A stretch of DNA of 33,603 nt from Nemertoderma westbladi. Its lineage: Eukaryota; Animalia; Xenacoelomorpha. The stretch covers positions 1 through 33,603 of the forward strand of contig JAUCBJ010006047.1 in assembly GCA_032718475.1 (NCBI GenBank), read 5' to 3'. The notes beneath the pieces are model-generated. The model did not search any database. It was given only the letters and a program-made list of their open reading frames with translations, and was not told the DNA's origin. Within the stretch, counting starts at the first letter, position 1. Each line of letters starts with the position of its first letter. Both the position numbers and the translations under genes were made by a program. This document shows positions 1 through 12,645 of the stretch, piece after piece.

Positions 1-406
1 CAGTGAAAAATGATAATGTGCATCACATGTGGCTGCATGAATATTTTACACATATGTAGCATACATCGAAATGAAACAGTCCAGACACATATGCAGTGCA
101 TATGTCTAAGCATATATGCTCCAAAAATGATACTGATAGTGCTGCATATGTGCATTATATGTGCAGTGCACAAATATAATAATTTGTGAAAATGATGTGC
201 CCATTCACATGCAAGCCACAAGTAGTGGCGTTGATCCAGAAAAATAATTTATTATTACACGACATATACCTATGCATTGTTATATGTGATATGTTATATA
301 TATGGCATATATACAATAACAAGTAGAAACAGATTACGCACAGATAACTGAAAAATAATTTATAATAAAACAGTTCGATATGGAGCACCTAAGTGGACAT
401 GAAAAA

Positions 407-3108
407 TTAGCTATCTCATTAAATTGACTTAGCATCTCAATATATTGACGTAGCTATCTCATATTGACGTAGCTATCTCATTATATTGACTTAGCATCTC
501 AATATATTGACGTAGCTATCTCATATTGACGTAGCTATCTCATTATATTGACTTAGCATCTCAATATATTGACGTAGCTATCTCATATTGACGTAACTAT
601 CTCATTATATTGACTTAGCATCTCAATATATTGACATAGCTATATCATATTGACGTAGCTATCTCATTATATTGACTTAGCATCTCAATATATTGACGTA
701 GCTATCTCATATTGACGTAGCTATCTCATTATATTGACTTAGCATCTCAATATATTGACATAGCTATATCATATTGACGTAGCTATCTCATTATATCGAC
801 TTAGCATCTCAATATATTGACGTAGCTATCTCATATTGACGTAACTATCTCATTATATTGACTTAGCATCTCAATATATTGACATAGCTATATCATATTG
901 ACGTAGCTATCTCATTATATCGACTTAGCATCTCAATATATTGACGTAGCTATCTCATATTGACGTAGCTATCTCATTATATTGACTTAGCATCTCAATA
1001 TATTGACGTAGCTATCTCATATTGACGTAGCTATCTCATTATATTGACTTAGCATCTCAATATATTGACGTAGCTATCTCATATTGACGTAACTATCTCA
1101 TTATATTGACTTAGCATCTCAATATATTGACATAGCTATATCATATTGACGTAGCTATCTCATTATATCAACTTAGCTATCTCATTATATTGACTTAGCA
1201 TCTCAATATATTGACGTAGCTATCTCATATTGACGTAGCTATCTCATTATATCGATTTAGCATCTCAATATATTGACGTAGCTATCTCATTATATCGACT
1301 TAGCATCTCAATATATTGACATAGCTATATCATATTGACGTAGCTATCTCATTATATTGACTTAGCTATCTCATTATATTGACCTAGCATCTCAATATAT
1401 TGACGTAGCTATCTCATATTGACGTAGCTATCTCATTATATCGACTTAGCATCTCAATATATTGACGTAGCTATCTCATATTGACGTAGCTATCTCATTA
1501 TATCGACTTAGCATCTCAATAAATTGACATAGCTATATCATATTGACGTAGCTATCTCATTATATTGACTTAGCATCTCAATATATTGACGTAGCTATCT
1601 CATATTGACGTAGCTATCTCATTATATTGACTTAGCATCTCAATATATTGACGTAGCTATCTCATATTGACGTAGCTATCTCATTATATTGACTTAGCAT
1701 CTCATTATATTGACTTAGCATCTCAATATATTGACATAGCTATATCATATTGACGTAATCTCATTATATCAACTTAGCTATCTCATTATATCAACTTAGC
1801 ATCTCAATATATTGACGTAGCTATCTCAACATTGACTTAAATATCTCATCATATTGACGTAGCTATCTCATTACATTGACGTAGCTATCTCATATTGACG
1901 TAGCTATATCATATTGACGTAGCTAATCTCATTATATTGACTTAGCATCTCAATATATTGACGTAGCTATCTCATATTGACGTAGCTATCTCATATTGAC
2001 GTAGCTATCTCATTATATTGACTTAGCATCTCAATTGACGTAGCTATCTCATATTGACGTAGCTATATCATTATATTGACTTAGCATCTCAATATATTGA
2101 CGTAGCTATCTCATATTGACGTAGCTATCTCATTATATCGACTTAGCATCTCAATATATTGACATAGCTATATCATATTGACGTAGCTATCTCATTATAT
2201 CAACTTAGCTATATCATTATATTGACTTAGCATCTCAATATATTGACGTAGCTATCTCATATTGACGTAGCTATCTCATTATATCGACTTAGCATCTCAA
2301 TATATTGACGTAGCTATCTCATATTGACGTAGCTATCTCATTATATCGACTTAGCATCTCAATATATTGACATAGCTATATCATATTGACGTAGCTATCT
2401 CATTATATTGACTTAGCTATCTCATTATATTGACTTAGCATCTCAATATATTGACGTAGCTATCTCATATTGACGTAGCTATCTCATTATATTGACTTAG
2501 CATCTCAATATATTGACGTAGCTATCTCATATTGACGTAGCTATATCTCATTATATCGACTTAGCATCTAAATAAATTGACATAGTATCGACTTAGCTAT
2601 CTCATTATATTGACTTAGCATCTCAATATATTGACGTAGCTATCTCATATTGACTTAAATATCTCATTATATTGACGTAGCTATCTCATTATATTGACTT
2701 AGCATCTCAATATATTGACGTAGCTATCTCATTATATTGACTTAGCATCTCAATATATTGACGTAGCTATCTCATATTGACTTAAATATCTCATTATATT
2801 GACGTAGCTATCTCATTATATTGACTTAGCATCTCAATATATTGACGTAGCTATCTCATTATATTGACTTAGCATCTCAATATATTGACGTAGCTATCTC
2901 ATATTCACGTAGCTATCTCATTATATTGACATAGCTATATCATATTGACGTAGCTATCTCATTATATCAACTTAGCTATATCATTATATCGACTTAGCAT
3001 CTCAATATATTGACGTAGCTATCTCATATTGACGTAGCTATCTCATTATATCGACTTAGCATCTAAATAAATTGACATAGCTATATCATATTGACGTAGC
3101 TATCTCAT
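407..3108. repeat. Tandem satellite of 19-22 bp monomers arranged in a 62-bp higher-order repeat
   Basis: aatatattgacgtagctatctc (22) + atattgacgtagctatctc (19) + attatattgacttagcatctc (21). The same register recurs at 441 and 503 (period 62), becoming more irregular toward 3'. Confidence 0.97.
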
Positions 3109-3471
3109 TTGAATAAAAAGGGGCTTTAATTCTGGAGTTGTAAGACCAGTTTGTTTGGTTGCTCTTAAAAACAACAGTTTCAGTATTATATTTATAACAG
3201 TTATATTTCTGGAGTTGTTGGACCAGCTAGATTGACAGATTGATGACGGCCATCTCTTCTCCATTCGCCACATTCAGCGGTTCTCCATGCGGTTCTCCAC
3301 AGTTCTCCGCCTCGACGTCATCATGAGCAGATCCTTGACATCGTTCTCCATCTCTAGATTCATCTCTAGAGCATAGCTTCCCCAGTTCCCCTGATTCTGG
3401 ATACTGCAATGATATAGGCCTATACAATGGTCAGATGGTAGGGTAGGCCTACCACTACCACCTACCTGCCT

Positions 3472-3544
3472 TACCTCTGACTGTCTGTAGCTACCGGCTG
3501 ACCGGTACCTCTGTCAGTCTGTAGCTACCGGCTGACCGGTACCT
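3472..3544. repeat. 34-bp tandem duplication
   Basis: tacctctg(ac/tc)(t/a)gtctgtagctaccggctgaccgg at 3472 and 3506. Confidence 0.85.
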
Positions 3545-4328
3545 AAAAAAAGAAAGTTTGATATTCAAATTCAACAAATAATACAGGCACATGGTGCATT
3601 GCAATTATTGCAGCTCTACTACTGTCAGACTGTACTATGCTGCTATGTAGGCCTAGTTTAGTGAATACCGGTACTGTAATACATTCAGACATTATTTCAC
3701 AAAACAACAGCTGAACCTGTGAACAGGCTGACTGGTACCAGGGTACAGGGATACATGATATCATTTCAGCCTTTAGCAGTCAGGCATTACACATTACTCT
3801 GTTACTATACACTAGTCGGCCTACTGCTGTACTGCAGTACAGCAGTATGCCAGAATTATTGTTTTACAAGTAGTAGCAACTAATAAAAAGGATATTCATC
3901 AGCATTAAATAGTGTTGATGTTAAGTCAAACGCGTGGGAAAATAGACAGGTACAGAACATAAGCTGTGACTGGCATATATTTCGCACAAATTCCACACAT
4001 ATTCTCACCATAAATTTTCTGTCATGTTTACAGTAGCACATGTAAATCTTATGGGTATCTGATATGCCAATGCACAAAATATTGTGTGTCAAAGGCATAT
4101 GTTTTAAATATATCTATCACAATTACATGAAACTGAGATTTAATGTGTGCCTTTACCACATTCTCTGCTTATGTGCTGAAATTATGTTGCTGCATATATT
4201 TTTGTTGGGCATAAGTTTCCCACATGACACATGTAATTCACATATGATACATATTACCATTTTTAACTGGGCTGTTTTGTTATAACGGTGATATATGGTT
4301 CCAAAGATATACCCATGTTTGAAATATT

Positions 4329-4554
4329 GGCCCATGTGAAGAATACCAGGTTTTTACCAAAAACACAGGTTACAGAAGTGCTGAATCTAACCAAAACAAT
4401 AAACGAATTAGTATATGTACAGGTTATAAAACAGAAATTAGCGCTATAAAGCACTTAATAAAGATATATTTAAAAAAAATAAAAAATCTTCATATATAAA
4501 ATTCCAATAAAAAGTCGACCGAAAAGTTAAATCCTGGTATTCTTCACATGGGCG
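4329..4554. mobile_element. MITE, ~225 bp, 21-bp perfect TIRs, apparent 8-bp TSD
   Basis: gcccatgtgaagaataccagg (4330-4350) / cctggtattcttcacatgggc (4533-4553). gaaatatt lies on both sides (4321-4328, 4555-4562) but occurs only once in the uninterrupted inverted arm near 6498. Confidence 0.88.
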
Positions 4555-4735
4555 GAAATATTTTTATTTTTCATCAATTTAATCTCATTCTACTCTGTTT
4601 CAAAATAATGACTTTATAACAAATATTTATGCCAATAAAAAACAATCAAGATGTGACTACAAATCACTTTAAAATGACAAGCAGTAGAACATTGGGTTAT
4701 GGTTTATACAGGGCTGCATGAGCTGCCCCCACACG

Positions 4736-4914
4736 CTTTGGCAGCCCCATAGAGAAAATAAGCATGATGGACTGCCCATGACTTTGTTAAGACGCATCTT
4801 AAAGGACACTGGCCTTAAAGATGCGGATGATCTAGCAAATGTCATGGGTGATAGGGAGTTGTGGCGGTGCAATTTTGTTGACAAGCCGGCATAGAATTCT
4901 TAATGTACGCTGCA
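4736..4914 (+). mobile_element. 3'-end fragment of the same RTE LINE family as 10564-12645
   Basis: Aligns to 12432-12612; 4790-4891 (agacgcatcttaaagg...gacaagccggca) is identical. Confidence 0.93.
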
Positions 4915-5647
4915 TTTGGCTTGCCAATTGTGGATTGCATGGTTGTGGCAAAATACTTTTGCCAAGCTGGCATAGCATCTCGATGTGCAGTTTCAATGAA
5001 GCAGGCCGATTATAGTGTACTGTACAGTAGTAATTATTGCTTATGAATAGTCCGTCTGCTATTCGTGTGCATCGAACAGCACTAGCGCGCCATCTAGACA
5101 TCTAGAGGTTTTAAGAGTTTATTTTATTTGGAGCGTTTGGAGCACTTTATAAAAACCTGACACAAGTTAGACCCCTCTTTCCATTCCTTACATGATTTCA
5201 ACGTCCAATCAAATAATAACTCATTAACCAATCCCAGGTATTAATGCAAGAGGTGTTCCTAGTAGTGTAAGGATTGGGAATACGCGCCCGGCTTAATTTT
5301 GTAATTAATCTGTATCTTTGAGTAAGGTTTGTTTGGAAAACCGAGATTTCGTGACTTTCCTAAAATTTAATGGGTTATCCAACAGAGCAAACGCCATTTA
5401 CATGGCCATGTTAGTTTTCGTGCTGTGCTCCCTTTCTGGCACCCATCTCCAGTACTTTCGTACTAAGATTTTCAATATTTTTCATAATTCACTAAAATTA
5501 ATTTATTTGCGATATATAGCGGTTTTTTTGGATGCTGAAAGCGATTATAGAACTGCATTATTACATTCGTGAAATTTTATGGTAATTTTTAGTGTCACCT
5601 GGGGTACGAATAGAACAAGTAGTGCAAATATGTTAGTCAAAAATCAC

Positions 5648-5992
5648 GTCAAGAGCTTCAGTTCATTCGAATTTCACCTCCTTCCTGTTGGTACATGACT
5701 GGAATTTGCACAACTCAATGCAATGATGTTGATGTTCTCAACACCCAATTATAAAGACCTGCATAATCATCTAACATGTGTTAACTTTCGTTTATTGTTT
5801 TGGTTCCCCCAACACACCTCAGTAACGTGTTCCTTTACTAACCTGCTCCTTTAAATAGCAATGGGACTTACAAGCAATGTAAACCACTAACGTATCTGCC
5901 TACAAAATAAACTTCATTGCATTGAGTTGTACAAATTCAAGTAATGCACCAAATGGAAGGAGGCGGAAATGGAATAAACTGATGCACTTGAC
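5648..5992. mobile_element. Degenerate MITE with ~83-bp imperfect inverted repeats
   Basis: 5648-5730 (gtcaagagcttcagttc...caactcaatgcaatgatgtt) versus the reverse complement of 5910-5992 (gtcaagtgcatcagttt...caactcaatgcaatgaagtt). Confidence 0.75.
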
Positions 5993-6253
5993 ACCTCAGA
6001 TGATTTATAATAAAGCAATAATTGTATCACATACATTACCTACTCGACTAAGAATTATCTATTTGCTCGGATGACATCATCGCCTACCAATTAAGAATAC
6101 GTACATAGGCCTACATAATTATGTATTTATTATTAAATAAAGAGGATTTAGTATTCAAAAATGTTATTATCGATGGAATCATCTTTGCAGAAATCATCTA
6201 GCAACAATTATGATAAATATATAAATTGAAGTGAATATACTAAAATAACTAAC

Positions 6254-6339
6254 CTCTCATTTGTTGTAGGTGTCAAGTCATTTGTTTGTATCATATCTGA
6301 GGTATCTTCAATTGCATCTGTAGTGGTAGTCATGGTACC
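6254..6339 (-). CDS. Candidate 86-bp exon, Thr/acidic-rich (GTMTTTTDAIEDTSDMIQTNDLTPTTNE)
   Basis: On the minus strand: acceptor ctccttcacAG, open phase-0 frame, donor ag|GTTAGT (phase 2). No homology support. Confidence 0.3.
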
Positions 6340-7122
6340 CTGTGAAGGAGTGTTGTATGAAATACCATTTAGATGTCACTTGTCATTTTAAAGTGATTTG
6401 TGGTCACATCTTGATTGTTTTTTATTGACATAAATATTTGTTAAAGTCATTATTTTGAAATAGAGTGGAATGAGATTAAATTGATGAAAAATAAAAATAT
6501 TTCAAACATGGGTATATCTTTGGAACCATATATCACCGTTATAACAAAACAGGTTTACCCCTCAGTATACCAAAATTTTCCAAAACTAATATTCAATAAA
6601 ATGTGGTAATTTGTTTTTAAAATAATGCTATTGTTCTAGAATGGTAGCTATTTTTTTTCTAAAACATGTCAGTTTTCATTTAGCAGCATTCCCATGGTAA
6701 CAATAATTATATTCCAGAATTTTATGTCACATTTAGAATTGTTAGACCAGTAGCTATCTTTTTCAAAAGATGCGATGGATTTATATTGAGTTATTAGAAT
6801 ACTACAGCATGTTTGTTGTTTTACCATTTCCATGACAACCGGTGATAACACCAAGTCAGCTACCGATTCAGATTTGTTATCATATCAAAATGAATGGCCA
6901 GAAGCTAGGTCTTCCCTAAAATATAAGTTCCGGGTGGTTACCAAAAAGTATCCCGTATGCTGGCTGGCCCATGGACTAATTTTAAATTATGTGAATCACT
7001 GAAATAATTGATTGATTCTGGTATTATTTTTTCGAATATAATTAACCGCTAATTTAAATAATAAATTACTGTATGAATTCAATTTCCATCCCTTTAAAAA
7101 AAGACTTTATTGGTTTAAAAAA

Positions 7123-10100
7123 AACACCTTACATTATTAAACAACACCAACAACCTAACAAACACCAACACCATACATTATTATACTAATACCAACTTCC
7201 TACCAAACACCAACACCTTACAGTGTTATATAACACAAAACTACCTAACTAACACCAACACGTTAAATTAATATACTAACACCAACTACCTAACTAACAC
7301 CAACACCTTACATTATTATACAAACACCAACTACCTAACTAACACCAACACCTTACATTATTATACAAACACCAACTACTTAACTAACACCAACACCTTA
7401 CATTATTATACAAACACCAACTATCTAACTAACACCAACACCATACATTATTGTACTAACACCAACTACCTAACAAACACCAACACCTTACAGTATTATA
7501 CAACAAAAACTACCTAACTAACACTTTAACACCTTAAAGTATTATACAAACACCAACTACCTAACCAACACCAACACCTTACATTATTATACTAACACCA
7601 ACTACCTAACTAACACCAACACCTTACATTATTATACAAACACCAACTGCTTAACTAACACCAACACCTTACATTATTATACAAACACCAACTATCTAAC
7701 TAACACCAAACCATACATTATTGTACTAACACCAACTAGCCAACAAACACCAACACCTTACAGTATTATACAACAAAAACTACCTAACTAACACTTTAAC
7801 ACCTTAAAGTATTATACAAACACCAACTACCTAACCAACACCAACACCTTACATTATTATACTAACACCCACTACCTAACTAACACCAACACCTTACATT
7901 ATTATACAAACACCAACTACCTAACAAACACCAACACCTTACATTATTATACAAACACCAACTACCTAACTAACACCAACACCTTACATTATTATTATAA
8001 AACACCAACTACCTAACAAACACCAACACCAACACCAACACCTTACAGTATTATGCAACACAAAACTGCCTAACTATCACCGTAACACCTTAAAGTATTA
8101 TACAAACACCAACTACCTAACAAACATCAACGCCTTCCATTATTATACAAACTCCAACTACCTAACTAACACCAACACATTAAATTATACTAACACCAAC
8201 TACTTAACTAACATAAACACCTTACATTATTATACAAACACCAACACCTCACATTATTATATATACACCAACTACCTAACTAACACCTTAACACCTTAAA
8301 GTATTATACAAACACCAACTACCTAACAAACACCAACACCTTGCATTATTATACAAACACCAACTACCTAACTAACACCAACACATTAAATTATTATACA
8401 AACACCAATTACCTAACAAACACCAACACCTTGCATTATTATACAAACACCAACTACCTAACAAACACCACCTTACATTATTATACTAACACCAACTACC
8501 TAACTAACACTAACACCTTACATTATTATACAAACACCAACTACCTAACTAACACCAACACCTTGCATTATTATACAAACAACAACTATCTAACTAACAC
8601 CAACACCATACATTATTATACTAACACCAACTACCTAACAAACACCAACACCTTACAGTATTATACAACAAAAACTACCTAACTAACACTTTAACACCTT
8701 AAAGTATTATACAAACACCAACTACATAACAAATACCAACACCTTGCTATATTATACAAACACCAACTACCTAACTAACACCAACACGTTAAATTAATAT
8801 ACTAACACCAATTACCTAACAAACATCAACACCTTACATTATTATACAAACACCAACTACCTAACTAACACCAACACCTTACATTATTATACAAACACCA
8901 ACACCTTACAGTATTATACAACAAAAACTATCTAACTAACACTTTAACACCTTAAAGTATTATACAAACACCAACTACCTATCAAACACCAACACCTTAC
9001 ATTATTATACAAACACCAACTACCTAACTAACACCAACACATTAAATTATTATACAAACACCAATTACCTAACAAACATCAACACCTTAAATTATTATAC
9101 AAACACCAACACCTTACATTATTATACTAACACCAACTACCTAACTAACACCAACACCTTACATTATTATACAAACACCAACAACCTAACTAACACCAAC
9201 ACGTTAAATTAATATACTAACACCAATTACCTAACAAACATCAACACCTTACATTATTATACAAACACCAACTACCTAACAAACACCAACACCTTACATT
9301 ATTATACAAACACCAATTACCTAACAAACATCAACACCTTACATTATTATACAAACACCAACTACCTAACTAACACCAACACATTAAATTAATATACTAA
9401 CACCAATTACCTAACAAACATCAACATCTTACATTATTATACAAACACCAACTACCTAACAAACACCACCTTACATTATTATACTAACACCAACTACCTA
9501 ACTAACACCAACACCATACATTATTATACTAACACCAACTACCTAACAAACACCAACACCTTACAGTATTATACAACAAAAACTACCTAACTAACACTTT
9601 AACACCTTAAAGTATTATACAAACACCAACTACCTAACAAATACTAACACCTTGCTTTATTATACAAACACCAACTACCTAACTAACACCAACACGTTAA
9701 ATTAATATACTAACACCAATTACCTAACAAACATCAACACCTTACATTATTATACAAACACCAACTACCTAACTAACACCAACACCTTACATTATTATAC
9801 AAACACCAACTATCTAACTAACACCAACACCATACATTATTATACTAACACCAACTACCTAACAAACACCAACACCTTACAGTATTATACAACAAAAACT
9901 ACCTAACTAACACTTTAACACCTTAAAGTATTATACAAACACCAACTACCTATCAAACACCAACACCTTACATTATTATACAAACACCAACTACCTAACA
10001 AACACCACCTTACATTATTATACTAACACCAACTAACTACCTAACTAACACCAACACCTTACATTATTATACAAACACCAACTACCTAACTAACACCAAC

Positions 10101-10563
10101 ACATTAAATTATTATACAAACACCAACTATCTAACTAACACCAACACCATACATTATTATACAAACACCAACTACCTAACAAACACCAACACCTTACATT
10201 ATTATACAAACACCAATTACCTATCAAACACCAACACCTTACATTATTATGCAAACACCAACTACCTAACTAACACCAACACATTAAATTAATATACTAA
10301 CACCAATTACCTAACAAACATCAACACCTTACATTATTATACAAACACCAACTACCTAACAAACACCACCTTACATTATTATACTAACACCAACTACCTA
10401 ACTAACACCAACACCATACATTATTATACTAACACCAACTACCTAACAAACACCAACACCTTACAGTATTATACAACAAAAACTACCTAACTAACACTTT
10501 AACACCTTAAAGTATTATACAAACACCAACTACCTAACAAATACCAACACCTTGCTTTATTAT
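7123..10563. repeat. 45-bp A/C-rich satellite, left part
   Basis: Unit aacaccaacaccttacattattatacaaacaccaactacctaact; 15-codon periodicity is visible in ORF 8341..8682; almost no G on the + strand. Confidence 0.97.
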
Positions 10564-12599
10564 GCTACAGTATACTGCCTTTACAGAAGCAGTTAAGTTA
10601 GCAGCTGCAGAAACAATTCCTGTATACCCTCGAAACAGGAAAAGGGCCCCCTGGACTGACAACAAAATTCAGAAGTGCCGAAATGACCTTCATAAGGCGC
10701 AGAAAGAGTCCCGACTCAAACAGACTACAGCGGCCAAGAATGCAGTTAAAGCTGCATCTAGGTCCCTGAACAGGCAGTACTCTGTTAATCTACAGGAGCT
10801 AATAAACCAACAGGTTGATGCCATCAATGATGCTGACGACAGCAGGCAATCATCCCAGGCATGGAAATCGATCAATCTGCTTACTGGGCGGAAAAGCCAA
10901 CCAACCACCAAGGTTAAGGCTGAATCACCAGCCGATCGCCTCAATGGTTGGAAGGCCCACTTTGAAAAGCTCCTCAATAATGACAGGGTATTGCCTGATA
11001 ACTTTATAGAAGTAAAAGTGTCTGAGTCTGTACTCCCAGATATTCCCATTGGCGATATCTCCTTTGCAGAAGTGAAGGCTGCTGCAAAGAGCATTAAGAC
11101 CAATCGTGCCAGTGGAGTAGATGGTGTTCCCCCTGAGGTCTTTAAAATACCTGAGTGTTTAAAGCTCATCTATCCCATCATAGTAGACATGTACCGTACA
11201 ACAAGAGTCCCACAAGAAATGAAAACAAATAAGTTGGTGCCAGTTCCCAAGAAGGGCAACCTAACACTCTATGGTTCTTTTCGGGGAATCTCATTGATCT
11301 CGATTGCTGCAAAACTATACAATAGAATTCTATTAAATCGCATCAGGGATCCCATTGAGAGACTGCTACGTGGAAATCAGAATGGGTTCCGTAAAGGTCG
11401 TGGGACCATGGAGCCCATTTTGGAACTTAGAAGGATAATTGAAGAGTTATCAAAAAAGAAAGACAGGCATCTGGCTGTTATCTTTATTGACTTCTTCAAG
11501 GCCTTTGATTCAGTCTCTCGCCCACATATGTTCAGCATACTTTCATTATATGGGATTCCTGATGAAATTATTGCAGCAATCAGATCAGTATACGATGGTT
11601 CGACAACATTTGTGTCTACTGTTGACGGTGACACAGAACCATTTGAAGTGTTATGGGGCGTCCTCCAAGGAGACACACTTGCACCATTCTTGTTCATTAT
11701 TGTGGTTGACTATGTTCTACGCATGTCCTTAGATCATCATAATGATGATGGGGTGATGATAACTCCACCTACTGGCTCCAGAAGTCGAGGAAATCCTGCC
11801 AAGTACCTAACTGATCTAGACTTTGCTGATGACTTAGGAGTACTCTCAGAATCATTAGAGGGAGCCCAGCGGCTCCTCAGCTCATAATCATGCTGCTTCT
11901 AGTGTTGGTCTTTTTATTAACTCCAGAAAGACCAAAATTCTGACAGTTAACTTTGAAAGTCCTCAGCAAGTCTCTGATCGGATGAGCATAAGCTCAAAGG
12001 ATGGTATGCTTGAGCATGTGGACGACTTCTGTTACCTGGGATCATGGATCCGGAAGTCAGGTGAGGACCTTCGAATACGTAAGGGAAAGGCATGGGCAGC
12101 CTTGAATAGGCTTTCTAGGATTTGGAAGTCACCTAGAATTAATCGGAAACTTAAGGTCCGATTATTCAGAGCAGCAGTAGTTCCCGTACTCCTCTACGGG
12201 AGTCCATGCTGGGCTCTAACTGCTGAGGACACCAAATCTCTGGATGGCACATTCACAAGAATGCTACGCCGGGTACATTGTGTCAAGTACAATGCACACA
12301 TCTCCAACCAGACACTATATAACATTGGAGGTGTCTCATTGGTTCCCCCAAGCTTGACACTAGAACAAAATCGCCTCCGCTTTGCAGGACATTGCTTTCG
12401 CCGTGAGGACCAGCCAGTGCATAATCTTGTACTTTGGCAGCCTCATGGAGTGAATAAGCATGGTGGACAGCCCATGACTTTCTTGAGACGCATCTTAAAG
12501 GACACTGGCCTTAAAGATGCGGATGATCTAGCAAATGTCATGGGTGATAGGGAGTTGTGGCGGTGCAATTTTGTTGACAAGCCGGCACAGCATTCTTAA
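10564..12599 (+). pseudogene. LINE reverse transcriptase ORF with one frameshift at ~11881-11888
   Basis: ORF 10562..11887 stops after EGAQRLLSS. Another frame resumes at 11889 with HAASSVGLFINSRKTKIL and continues into ORF 11982..12599. Confidence 0.92.
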
Positions 12600-12645
12600 A
12601 AATGCAGCTGCAATGCAGCATGCCGATCCTAGTAGTAGTAGTAGT
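10564..12645 (+). mobile_element. 5'-truncated non-LTR retrotransposon, RTE-like clade, with (AGT)5 tail
   Basis: RT motifs FRGISL, NQNGFRKGR, FIDFFKAFDSV, GVLQGDTLAPFLF, DFADD; C-terminal YLGS and LRFAGHCFR; short 3'UTR then agt x5 (12631-12645). The APE domain is absent. Confidence 0.95.

Larger units (their letters stand above)
1..4271. mobile_element. Possible old TIR/foldback DNA element enclosing the 62-bp satellite (left end at or just beyond window start)
   Basis: 1-40 (cagtgaaaaatgataatgtgcatcacatgtg) resembles the reverse complement of 4232-4269 (cagttaaaaatggtaatatgtatcatatgtg). The right end is ...actggg. Similarity decays inward and no TSD can be checked. Confidence 0.35.
4272..6552. 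repeat. Pair of ~175-bp inverted repeats (4272-4681, interrupted by a MITE; 6379-6552) flanking a 1.7-kb core
   Basis: 4272-4328 ctgttttgttataacggtg...gaaatatt is the exact reverse complement of the end of 6379-6552. 4555-4681 matches the remainder with few mismatches. Confidence 0.9.

Noticed and set aside
407-3108. CRISPR array
   Set aside because: Contiguous monomers with no unique spacers, eukaryotic context and no cas genes.
3227-3427. Acidic 66-aa minus-strand ORF
   Set aside because: Coding-like composition but no recognisable motif or convincing splice sites.
6553-6978. Academ-like transposon end (...ggcccatggacta)
   Set aside because: Resemblance is from memory only and no matching opposite TIR was found in the window.
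8341-8682. ORF of HYYTNTNYLTNTNTL repeats as a real protein
   Set aside because: By-product of a 45-bp (3n) satellite; neighbouring units carry stops and frameshifts.
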